In this document: positions 18,010-26,613 of the stretch, piece after piece | How positions within the stretch are numbered: position 1 is the stretch's first letter | How the letters are laid out: each line of letters starts with the position of its first letter | From: a virus | DNA length: 64,000 nt | IMG/VR virus record: IMGVR_UViG_3300030098_003955 | Direction: 5' to 3' (one strand) | Notes under the pieces: model-generated | Database searches by the model: none | What the model was told of the DNA's origin: nothing | What the model saw: only the letters and a program-made list of their open reading frames with translations | Program-made: the position numbers and the translations under genes

Positions 18010-19054
18010 TTTTCTCAGTCAAGAAGAGCTCGCAGAACTTTGCATCTTAATTGCTGGCAAGATGAGGGAGTTGCTAGACCACTTTGAGCTTGAGTACGAA
18101 GACTTGGGCGACATGATAAGAATGGTATGTCCAATCCATGAAGGCGCTGATAACCCTCATGGATGCACCATCCGCTTGAATCCTGAGAAGGAATTCTATG
18201 GCTGTTGGAAATGCTGGACTAACCAATGCGAGAAAGAGTTCTTTACGACACCAATTGGATTTATTAGAGCTTTATTGTCACGAGACAGAGAAGAGAACGC
18301 AACATTTAAAGAGGCGGTTACCTTCGCTCTTAAGTTCACAAATCCAAAGTCCTTGGATAATGATTTTGACTTTGTTGAAAGAAACTTCCAAAGGATAATA
18401 AACGCAGTAAATAGTAAACCTGAGAAGAAGACCTCTGGCATAAGCAGGCAGGACGTTAGGAAAGCATTAGTGATGCCTCCTCAGTACTACATAAAAAGAG
18501 GTTACTCAAAAGAAGTATTAGACAAGTTTGATATAGGGCTGTCTATTAAAGAAGGCTCCCCAATGAAAAACAGAGTCGTCGTACCTGTGTACGATGATGA
18601 CCATGAGTTTGTGGTAGCCCACCTTGGAAGACAAACCACAGAACAAGACAATGGGTACAAGTGGATAAACTCCAAAAACTTTAAGAAGTCAAACTACCTA
18701 TATGGATATTGGTTTGCAAAAGACAAGATCAGAGAGCTGCGCAGTGTCATACTTGTCGAAGGTCAGGGTGATGTATGGAGACTCCATGAGTCAGGAATAG
18801 AGAATGTAGTCGGAATGTTTGGAGCTAGTCTGAGCGATGCTCAATCTAGAATTATCGAGACATCTGGAGCATTTAATGTTATCATACTAACAGACAACGA
18901 CAATGCTGGAGAAAAGGCTAAGCAGACAATCAGAGAGAGGTTGGGTAGAATCTGCAAAATAATCGAGCCGCAGATACCAGCAAAAGACGTAGGCGAAATG
19001 ACCGTCGAAGAGATAAAACAAATGATCGTGCCCCAAATACAGAAGTGGATCTAA
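17942..19054 (+). CDS. dnaG: DNA primase (Zn finger + TOPRIM); start uncertain (17942 or 17975)
   Basis: CPIH...CWTNQC, RVVVP, YKWINS, VEGQGD, TDNDNAG, KDVGE. Confidence 0.92.
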   Translation: MRFQTNKSLDSMNQKQKKTRSPNFLSQEELAELCILIAGKMRELLDHFELEYEDLGDMIRMVCPIHEGADNPHGCTIRLNPEKEFYGCWKCWTNQCEKEFFTTPIGFIRALLSRDREENATFKEAVTFALKFTNPKSLDNDFDFVERNFQRIINAVNSKPEKKTSGISRQDVRKALVMPPQYYIKRGYSKEVLDKFDIGLSIKEGSPMKNRVVVPVYDDDHEFVVAHLGRQTTEQDNGYKWINSKNFKKSNYLYGYWFAKDKIRELRSVILVEGQGDVWRLHESGIENVVGMFGASLSDAQSRIIETSGAFNVIILTDNDNAGEKAKQTIRERLGRICKIIEPQIPAKDVGEMTVEEIKQMIVPQIQKWI

Positions 19055-19055
19055 C

Positions 19056-19841
19056 ATGAAGATAATAGGAATATCTGGAGCAAAGCAGGCTGGCAAAAAT
19101 ACATGTGCCAACTTTCTACATGGTTATCAACTGAGATATTACGAAGTTATTAGTAAATTCATGATGAACGAGTCTGGAGATTTACTAGTGAATACCACAA
19201 CCCTAGACGAGAATGGTCAGGAAAAGGAAGGGGTTGGCAAGCTTGAAATTGAAAGAATGGATGAAGAGTTCGCCGCCTTTGCGTCTCGATCTATATGGCC
19301 TTTTGTTAGGCTCTTCAGTTTCGCTGATGCTCTTAAATTTTTAGCCGTAGAAATATTTGGATTAGAACCAGAGCAATGCTATGGCACCAACGAAGAAAAG
19401 GACACGCCGACTAAACTGCTTTGGGAGAACATGCCCGGCTATACAGGCTCTGCAACTGGCCCAATGACAGGTAGGGAGTTCTTGCAATACTTTGGAACCG
19501 ATATATGCAGAAAAATGTATGACAACATTTGGATTGATAGCTGCATCAAAAGAATAGCCTCATCAAACACAGAGCTTGCAATCATAGCCGATGTTAGATT
19601 TCCTAACGAAGTCAAGGCCATACAAGAGGCAGGCGGAAAAGTCATCAGACTTACGAGACGGGCATTCTCTGAAGATCAACACTCTAGTGAAAGCGCTCTT
19701 TCAGATTATGAAGGTTTCGACGCTGTAATTGACAACTCAGAATCAACTATTGACGAAACAAATAGAGCCATACTCAAACAGCTACTTGATTGGGGATGGT
19801 TGCAATCAAAGACATCAGACTTCAGGATCAAAAATGACTAA
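19056..19841 (+). CDS. Deoxynucleoside monophosphate kinase
   Basis: IGISGAKQAGK, SFADALK, REFLQYFGT, IADVRFPNE, HSSE. Confidence 0.9.
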   Translation: MKIIGISGAKQAGKNTCANFLHGYQLRYYEVISKFMMNESGDLLVNTTTLDENGQEKEGVGKLEIERMDEEFAAFASRSIWPFVRLFSFADALKFLAVEIFGLEPEQCYGTNEEKDTPTKLLWENMPGYTGSATGPMTGREFLQYFGTDICRKMYDNIWIDSCIKRIASSNTELAIIADVRFPNEVKAIQEAGGKVIRLTRRAFSEDQHSSESALSDYEGFDAVIDNSESTIDETNRAILKQLLDWGWLQSKTSDFRIKND

Positions 19842-20421
19842 TATCTTAGAGATACCGTTTGACCAACAGATGGTACGGAGAGCTTACGAGAAGTCTCTCG
19901 CCTTGGGATCAATCAACAACTCCATACTTAATGGCAAAGGAAACACGGCTGGATACCTTGGCGAAGAGGCTGTAGCTGCCTACATACAGGCGGTCATCAT
20001 GAGTAGCGACGAGGGCAGCGACAAGTACAACCATGACTTGATTGTTGACAATCACAAGTACAAAAAAATAGAAGTCAAAACAAAACGCAGAAAATATGAC
20101 CCAAGGCCGGACTGGCAAGTGTCAATTGCCAAGACCAGCAAGCACCAAAATCCTGACCTTTACATCTTTACAAGCATTACCTTTGGAAGGCATATAGGAG
20201 AAGGAAGAGACAGAATTTATTACGAACCTAAATCCATATGGATCACTGGACAAATGCAACCAAAAGAATATTTTGCTAAAGCTCGTCTGTGTCAAAAAGG
20301 CAAACCAGACCCTGACAGGCGAGGCAGGACTAATGACTTTGAGACCCATGTGGAAATGTACAATATGAACATAGAAGATTTGGAACCACTAGATGTTAGT
20401 TTGTTACCACAGAAGCAGTAG
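19834..20421 (+). CDS. PD-(D/E)xK restriction-endonuclease-like protein
   Basis: GYLGEE...HDLIV...IEVKTK; ATG at 19834. Confidence 0.55.
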   Translation: MTNILEIPFDQQMVRRAYEKSLALGSINNSILNGKGNTAGYLGEEAVAAYIQAVIMSSDEGSDKYNHDLIVDNHKYKKIEVKTKRRKYDPRPDWQVSIAKTSKHQNPDLYIFTSITFGRHIGEGRDRIYYEPKSIWITGQMQPKEYFAKARLCQKGKPDPDRRGRTNDFETHVEMYNMNIEDLEPLDVSLLPQKQ

Positions 20422-21418
20422 CTTAGGCACGCTGGAATTTTGCCAGCAGAAATACTTTCTTCAATACAACCTGTCCTTCAAGGACAAGACAAATAAGAAG
20501 GCCTTGATGGGTACTATCACTCACAAGGTAATGCAAACTCTGGGCGATAAGAAGGTCGCCATGAACAAAGGTCTTGACATCGTTGATGACGACGAGACCG
20601 GAAGGCAGTTGACGCTGGCAGAGTGCGATGACATAAAGCTTTTGAATGACATTGCGTTTGACTACTACACTAGTGCGTTCCCCGAAGTGAATATTACCGA
20701 AGCTGATAGGAGGACTTGCTTAAGATGGGCGGAGAAAGCTCTTGCGTACAATCACGGAGACCTAGACCCAAGAAATCAAGACGTATATGCAACCGAGCTT
20801 TTCTTTGACATTGAGATCAAGAAACCTTGGGCAAAATACAAATATGAAGTTGGTGATGAAGTCCTTGAGGGTTATCTTTCAATAAAAGGGACTGTTGACC
20901 TCATCGTTACTAGGGGTGAAAACTACTTTGAAATTCTAGATTACAAGACGGGCAAGAGACTTAATTGGGCAACTGGAGAAGAAAAAACTATCGAGTGCCT
21001 TGAAAAAGATACTCAACTTCTCTTATACTATTACGCACTCAGAAGTATGTATCCTGACTATGAGTTTTTTGTCAGCATCTACTACATAAATGACGGAGGC
21101 TTATTCTCCATGTGTTTTGACGATGACGATTTTCAAAAGGCAGAAGACATACTGAGGAAAAAGTTTGAGCAGATAAAGTCTTGTCAGTATCCAAGACTTT
21201 TGTCAAACCAGAACTCGCACTGGAAGTGCCAGAAGCTTTGTAAGTTTAGCGAACCTTCTGAGCAAGATCCAAACAGAAGTGTGTGTCAGTTCATTAGAGA
21301 TGAGATTAGAACCAAAGGCATTACGGAAGTAGTGCAGGAATATGGAAATGTTTCCAAAATTGCCAAATACGGCGACGGCGGAGGCAGACTTGCAGAGGAC
21401 GAAGAAGACAAGAAATGA
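20393..21418 (+). CDS. Cas4/AddB-like PD-(D/E)xK exonuclease with Fe-S cysteines
   Basis: FCQQKY, GTITH, GTVDL, DYKTG, QLLLY, C-terminal CQKLC...C. Confidence 0.85.
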   Translation: MLVCYHRSSSLGTLEFCQQKYFLQYNLSFKDKTNKKALMGTITHKVMQTLGDKKVAMNKGLDIVDDDETGRQLTLAECDDIKLLNDIAFDYYTSAFPEVNITEADRRTCLRWAEKALAYNHGDLDPRNQDVYATELFFDIEIKKPWAKYKYEVGDEVLEGYLSIKGTVDLIVTRGENYFEILDYKTGKRLNWATGEEKTIECLEKDTQLLLYYYALRSMYPDYEFFVSIYYINDGGLFSMCFDDDDFQKAEDILRKKFEQIKSCQYPRLLSNQNSHWKCQKLCKFSEPSEQDPNRSVCQFIRDEIRTKGITEVVQEYGNVSKIAKYGDGGGRLAEDEEDKK

Positions 21419-23316
21419 GTTGGACTCCACTCCATTTACACACGCACTATAGTTTACTAGATGGACTCAGCAAGCCAGAACAAGTGGCTGATAGATGTGA
21501 GAAGTTGGGTTACACATCTTGCGCTATTACAGATCATGGAAACATATCTGGAGCTGTGGCTTTTGTTCAGGCGATGAAAAAGAAAAACATCAAGCCAATA
21601 TTAGGTTGTGAGTTTTATCTTTGTAAACAGTCCCCTTCAGTGCAGACTGCTGAAAATAGAGACCTAAGCCATTTGTGTGTTATTTCTAAAAACAAAACCG
21701 GATGGGACAACCTAGTTAAAGCAGTCTCTCGCAGCAATGACGAAGATTGTTTCTACTACAAGCCAAGGCTTGATTTAGACACACTTGCTAATTATTCGGA
21801 AGGACTGATTGCATTCAGCGGACATCCCAATAGCGATATAGCTAATGCGATGTTCTCTGATCCAAAAGCTGCTTACTCAGCAGAAACAGAAGAGGCTGTT
21901 AAGTCTTATATTGCTGATGACTGGAATGAAAAAGTGATGGAGAAAGTGCGTCAGTACCAATCCATCTTTGGTGAAGAAAACTTCTTCATTGAAATACAAG
22001 CAATCGACCAAGAAAACTCTGCGGCGGTCAGGATGATTGTCAAAGGTTTAAGGTGGTTGTGCAAAAAATACAAACTACATTCGATAGCAACAGCAGACTC
22101 TCACTACCCAGAGAAGCAAGACTCTATTGACCATACGCTATTGCTATGCTCTTTGATGAACACCACGATGAAGAAGTTGAAGAAGAAGATAGAGGAAAAC
22201 CAAGATGTGTCTTTTGGATGTTTTCTAAGATCGAACAACTTTCACATACCGTCACTAGAAGAAATCAAAGAAGTAAATCTAGAGCATGAAATACAAAACG
22301 CCAAGCTCATAGCTGACATGTGTGAAGAATACGACATACTCGATCAGCCAAAACTTCCTAAGTTTGAATGTCCTGACGGACTTTCTGAAATTGAATACCT
22401 AAGACAACTGTGTCGTGAAGGATGGGCAAACATACTGATAAAGCAAGGCAAGGTAGGTACGGAAGAAGCTATAGAAGAGTATAGGGCTAGGATTGAAAAA
22501 GAACTAAAGGTCATTAATGATGCAGATCTGGCTGGATACTTTTTGATAGTCAGGGATATTGTCAATTATGTTAACAACCTCGGCTTGCTTGCTGGGCCGG
22601 GCAGAGGATCTGCGGCTGGATGCTTAGTCTCGTACCTAGTTGGTATAACTTTAGTCGACCCGATCGAGCATGGGCTCATCTTCGAGAGGTTCTATAACTC
22701 TGGTAGAAACACAGCAGATCACGTATCCTTGCCAGATATAGATATTGATGTCCCTGCACTTAGTAGAGATGATGTTATTGATTATATTAAATCGAAGTAC
22801 GGCAAAGACAACGTTAGCCAGATGATCACATATATATGCCTTCAAGGAAGAAGTGCGCTTAGCGAAGTTCTACGCCTGCATGAGGCGTGCTCTTACGACG
22901 AGATAAAGAAGATAACAAGTTGTCTTCCACAGGAAAGCCAAATATCAGACCAGCTTGCTGAGATGGATAATCCGTCGCTAATCACTTGGGCGCTGATGAA
23001 TCAGCCTGACGAACTGTATGACTATTGCAGGATAGACGAGGACGGGAACTTGTCTGGAGATCACTCTAAGTTTTTTGAGCAGGCGATAAGAATTGAGGGA
23101 ACGTTCAAGTCTCAAGGGAAGCACGCAGCTGGAGTCGTGATATCCTCCCAAAATTTGAACCACGTTTGCCCAATGCTGTCTGACAAGAAATCTTCCGAGA
23201 AGATAGCTGGAATGGAAATGAATGACTTAGAAGCTATGGGGCATGTTAAATTCGACATACTAGGAATATCGCTATTAGATAAGGTTATGGGCGTGACTCA
23301 TGAACAAAACTCATAA
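21415..23316 (+). CDS. dnaE: DNA polymerase III alpha, N-terminal part (PHP + palm/thumb)
   Basis: HLHTHYSLLDG, ITDHG, GPGRGSAAG, FERF, PDIDID, HAAGVV, KFDILG, then stop. Confidence 0.95.
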   Translation: MSWTPLHLHTHYSLLDGLSKPEQVADRCEKLGYTSCAITDHGNISGAVAFVQAMKKKNIKPILGCEFYLCKQSPSVQTAENRDLSHLCVISKNKTGWDNLVKAVSRSNDEDCFYYKPRLDLDTLANYSEGLIAFSGHPNSDIANAMFSDPKAAYSAETEEAVKSYIADDWNEKVMEKVRQYQSIFGEENFFIEIQAIDQENSAAVRMIVKGLRWLCKKYKLHSIATADSHYPEKQDSIDHTLLLCSLMNTTMKKLKKKIEENQDVSFGCFLRSNNFHIPSLEEIKEVNLEHEIQNAKLIADMCEEYDILDQPKLPKFECPDGLSEIEYLRQLCREGWANILIKQGKVGTEEAIEEYRARIEKELKVINDADLAGYFLIVRDIVNYVNNLGLLAGPGRGSAAGCLVSYLVGITLVDPIEHGLIFERFYNSGRNTADHVSLPDIDIDVPALSRDDVIDYIKSKYGKDNVSQMITYICLQGRSALSEVLRLHEACSYDEIKKITSCLPQESQISDQLAEMDNPSLITWALMNQPDELYDYCRIDEDGNLSGDHSKFFEQAIRIEGTFKSQGKHAAGVVISSQNLNHVCPMLSDKKSSEKIAGMEMNDLEAMGHVKFDILGISLLDKVMGVTHEQNS

Positions 23317-23545
23317 AGAAAAAATCATAGAGAGGCTTGAAACTAGAGGCTTTTCAGAGTACAAAAGAAAGTTGTCCCTGTGTGACTTGAGTAAATGCAA
23401 CATTCAAGGGATGGTTAATCGCACTGGCTTTCAAGTGTGGTATGAAAACGGCGCAAAAATAGAAACAAACATTTTTTATAATTTGGAAGAAGCGCTAGAT
23501 GCCTTCTTCAAAACCAAGAAGAAAGTTGACAGATCGTATGAATAG
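23300..23545 (+). CDS. Hypothetical protein between the dnaE halves
   Basis: 81 aa ORF overlapping both neighbours. Confidence 0.6.
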   Translation: MNKTHKEKIIERLETRGFSEYKRKLSLCDLSKCNIQGMVNRTGFQVWYENGAKIETNIFYNLEEALDAFFKTKKKVDRSYE

Positions 23546-24221
23546 AAAAGACATAATTGTTTTTGACTTTGAAACAGGGTCAAGAGACCCACATAAAACG
23601 CAAGCTATTCAGATTGCGGCAGTGGCGATTCACGGCAGGAACTTGACCGTACAGCCTGACGGTTATTTTGAGAGCCTGATTAGGCCAGAATTAGATGACG
23701 ATAAGGCAATTGAGATGGGTGTAGACCCAATAGAAGATGGAGCCTTAGCCGTCAATAAAAAGACCAGAGAGGAGCTAAAAGACGCTCCCTTGCCAAAGGT
23801 TGTATGGGAGAAGTTTACTGAGTTCGTAAACAGATACAACTGGAAAGGCACACCGTACTATGCGCCTATCGCTGCGGGCTACAACATCAACGGGTTTGAT
23901 ATGCCGATTGTTGAAAGACTATGCCAACAATACGGGCCTATAAACAAGAAAACTGGCAAGCAATGCTTATTTGACAAGATTCATAGGTTAGACCTCATGG
24001 ATACTGTTTGGATGTGGATGGAAAATAATCCCGATGTCAATAGGATCGGTATGGACTCTATGCGAGAACTCATGGGTATGGACACAACCAATGCTCATGA
24101 CGCATTGCAGGATGTCAAAGACACCGCTAATATGATGATTGGATTTATGAAGTTGCACAGACGCTTCGCTCCTCAGATCCGTTTTGAAAAGGCATTTGCT
24201 GATGGAAAAACACACCTCTAA
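23538..24221 (+). CDS. DEDDh 3'-5' exonuclease (DnaQ/epsilon-like)
   Basis: VFDFETG, AGYNINGFD, AHDALQD. Confidence 0.9.
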   Translation: MNRKDIIVFDFETGSRDPHKTQAIQIAAVAIHGRNLTVQPDGYFESLIRPELDDDKAIEMGVDPIEDGALAVNKKTREELKDAPLPKVVWEKFTEFVNRYNWKGTPYYAPIAAGYNINGFDMPIVERLCQQYGPINKKTGKQCLFDKIHRLDLMDTVWMWMENNPDVNRIGMDSMRELMGMDTTNAHDALQDVKDTANMMIGFMKLHRRFAPQIRFEKAFADGKTHL

Positions 24222-25803
24222 TAACTCAAATATCGACATAAGAAACGTAGGTTTCAATGACAAAGATACTTGGGACTTGATTTGCTCTGGGCAAACCAAA
24301 GGTGTGTTTCAGCTTGAAAGCAGTCTTGGTAGATCTTGGGCAAAAAAAGTAAAACCAAGAAATCTAGAAGAGCTATCTGCACTTCTTTCGATCATTAGGC
24401 CGGGAACTCTTAAGGCGATTGTCGATGGTAAGTCGATGACGCAGCACTATGTCGATAGAAAAGACGGCGATGAAGAGATAGAGTACCTCCATGAATCACT
24501 AGAGCCAATCTTGAAGTCGACTCAGGGCGTGCTTGTATATCAAGAGCAATCAATGCAGATAGCCCAAAAACTAGCTGGCTTCTCTCTTGAGGAAGCGGAC
24601 AACTTGAGAAAGGCGATCGGCAAGAAAAAGGCATCTCTCATGGCGGAAGTTAAAAAAGACTTCATCAAGGGAGCCAAGAAGGTAGGTATCATAAAAAAGG
24701 ATGTGGCTGAGGAGATATTTAGCTGGATCGAAAAGTCTAGCCGTTATGCCTTCAACAAGTCTCATGCTGTTAGTTATGCAATATGCGGTTACTGGAGTGC
24801 GTATTGCAAGGCTCATTTTCCTAAAAAATTCTACGCAAGCTGGCTGTCTCACGCTCATGCCAAGCCAAACCCTCAAGAAGAGGTTAGAGAGCTTATAAGT
24901 GACGCTAGACTCTCTGACATATATGTATTTCCGCCGTCCTTGAACTTTATCAAGCCTCACACCAGCCTTTGCGACGATAAGATCAGGTTTGGATTCTTGG
25001 ACGTTAAGTCTGTCGGCAAAAGTCATCTAGATAAAATACGCGATGTAGTCGATTTTTCTAACAGCTACACCAATAAAAACGTAGAAGAACTAAATTGGTT
25101 TCAAGCCTTGTGTTTGGTACTAGGAAGGCTTCCACAAAGGCCTGTCACTGCAATGATACATGCGGGAGTCTTTATGTTCACAGGCATAGCAAGAAACAAA
25201 ATGCTTGCAGACCTGTCTGTTTTTAATGCGCTGACCAATAAAGAGAAAGAGTGGGCGCAAGAGAGGTGGGAACAACATGAAAGCCTAGAATCTTTACTAG
25301 AAGCCTTATGGCCTACCAAGAAGCAAGGCGGTGGCACGTCTACTAAGAAGAGATCTGAGTTTGTGAAGAGCCAGTTAGACTCAATCAAGAACCCAATGAT
25401 GAGCATGGAAGACGACCCTATTATGATAATACGTCATGAAGAGGAGTATCTTGGTACGTCTATAAGCTATTCAAAGGTTCGTTCCTCAGAAAACTACTCA
25501 ATCGCCAACACCTCTTGCAAGGACATAGTAAATGGCAAAAAGGGCAATGTGACCCTAGCCGTTAACCTTTCTGAGATCAGAAAGTACACATCAAAGAAGG
25601 GAAAGAACGTAGGAAGGGACATGGCTTTCCTAAAAGTCGAGGATTCTTCTGGCACTATTGATAATGTTGTTGTTTTTCATGACGCTTATGAGGAACATAA
25701 ACATATAATGTATGAAGGCAACAACCTCTTGCTAGTTGGCAAAGTTGATACAAACAACAAACAAGACTCGGTAGTCGTTGACAGCGTGAAGGAGCTAGAT
25801 TAG
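24202..25803 (+). CDS. dnaE: DNA polymerase III alpha, C-terminal part (fingers, HhH, OB)
   Basis: GVFQLES, IIRPG, VYQEQ, LRKAIGKK, YAFNKSHA, IRFGF, MAFLKVED. Confidence 0.95.
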   Translation: MEKHTSNNSNIDIRNVGFNDKDTWDLICSGQTKGVFQLESSLGRSWAKKVKPRNLEELSALLSIIRPGTLKAIVDGKSMTQHYVDRKDGDEEIEYLHESLEPILKSTQGVLVYQEQSMQIAQKLAGFSLEEADNLRKAIGKKKASLMAEVKKDFIKGAKKVGIIKKDVAEEIFSWIEKSSRYAFNKSHAVSYAICGYWSAYCKAHFPKKFYASWLSHAHAKPNPQEEVRELISDARLSDIYVFPPSLNFIKPHTSLCDDKIRFGFLDVKSVGKSHLDKIRDVVDFSNSYTNKNVEELNWFQALCLVLGRLPQRPVTAMIHAGVFMFTGIARNKMLADLSVFNALTNKEKEWAQERWEQHESLESLLEALWPTKKQGGGTSTKKRSEFVKSQLDSIKNPMMSMEDDPIMIIRHEEEYLGTSISYSKVRSSENYSIANTSCKDIVNGKKGNVTLAVNLSEIRKYTSKKGKNVGRDMAFLKVEDSSGTIDNVVVFHDAYEEHKHIMYEGNNLLLVGKVDTNNKQDSVVVDSVKELD

Positions 25804-26162
25804 TGCAGACTATTTCAAACTATTGCAGATTTATCGGAAGGCTGACTTCAGACCCAAAGATGATTGACTTCGATTCTGGAGCTAGGCTGACGACTTTTAG
25901 ACTGGCTATAACTGAACACAGGAAAGTAAAAGACGGAGATACTCAGGAGTTCGTTAATTTCTTTGATTTTGAGGCTTGGGACACTGGCGGTGAAGTCATT
26001 TTCTCAAAGTGTAAGAAGGGTGATAAAATCGAAGTTGTAGCTTGTGCTAGGAACAACAACTGGAGCAGTAAGAAGACTGGTAAAATGCACCAAACGACAA
26101 GATTCAGAGTTAATGAATTTGAAATACTGAGCAACAAAAAGAAAGTTCATGAAGTCGCTTAG
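25803..26162 (+). CDS. ssb: Single-stranded DNA-binding protein
   Basis: IGRLTSDP, FRLAI, FFDFEAW, KKGDKI; lacks an acidic tail. Confidence 0.85.
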   Translation: MQTISNYCRFIGRLTSDPKMIDFDSGARLTTFRLAITEHRKVKDGDTQEFVNFFDFEAWDTGGEVIFSKCKKGDKIEVVACARNNNWSSKKTGKMHQTTRFRVNEFEILSNKKKVHEVA

Positions 26163-26613
26163 CGAAGATGAAATCATTAAGGAGAATTATGGACTTGTTG
26201 TAGCCGAAGCAATGAGCTTCTTGTCCGACCCGTCAGAAAGCATTGATGACTTTATACAAGTTGGACTCATTGGGCTGTTGTATGCAGTGAGAAACCATGA
26301 CGAAAAAAAGTCCAAGTTCTCAAAGTTTGCTAGGATCTGCATTAGAAATCACATTGCTAGGCTTACGAAAAAACCAAGAACAGAACACCTTGACACAGAT
26401 CTTCTAGACAACAATCCACTGTCTTTTTCAGAGTACATACCTGACTCGTTATCAGACATACAAAAGCTTGTTTTAGAAATGAAACGACAAGGATATACTT
26501 ACTTTGAAATTTCCGAACTATTGCTTGGGAGCCATTACGAATCCCTCAACAAACCTGAAGTAAAAAAGTTCGTCAAGGAAATAATTGAGATACTAAGAGA
26601 CTCCAACAAATGA
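26149..26613 (+). CDS. Phage sigma-70-family factor (regions 2 and 4)
   Basis: DDFIQVGLIGLLYAV...FSKFA..CIRN; GYTYFEISELL. Confidence 0.8.
   Translation: MKSLSEDEIIKENYGLVVAEAMSFLSDPSESIDDFIQVGLIGLLYAVRNHDEKKSKFSKFARICIRNHIARLTKKPRTEHLDTDLLDNNPLSFSEYIPDSLSDIQKLVLEMKRQGYTYFEISELLLGSHYESLNKPEVKKFVKEIIEILRDSNK

Noticed and set aside
20393-21418. CRISPR-Cas system suggested by the Cas4-like nuclease
   Set aside because: No repeat-spacer array or other cas genes; solo Cas4-like exonucleases are common in phage replication modules
23250-24260. Split intein or self-splicing intron in dnaE
   Set aside because: No Hint motifs at either end; the intervening DNA is fully coding with coupled ORFs and has no recognisable intron core
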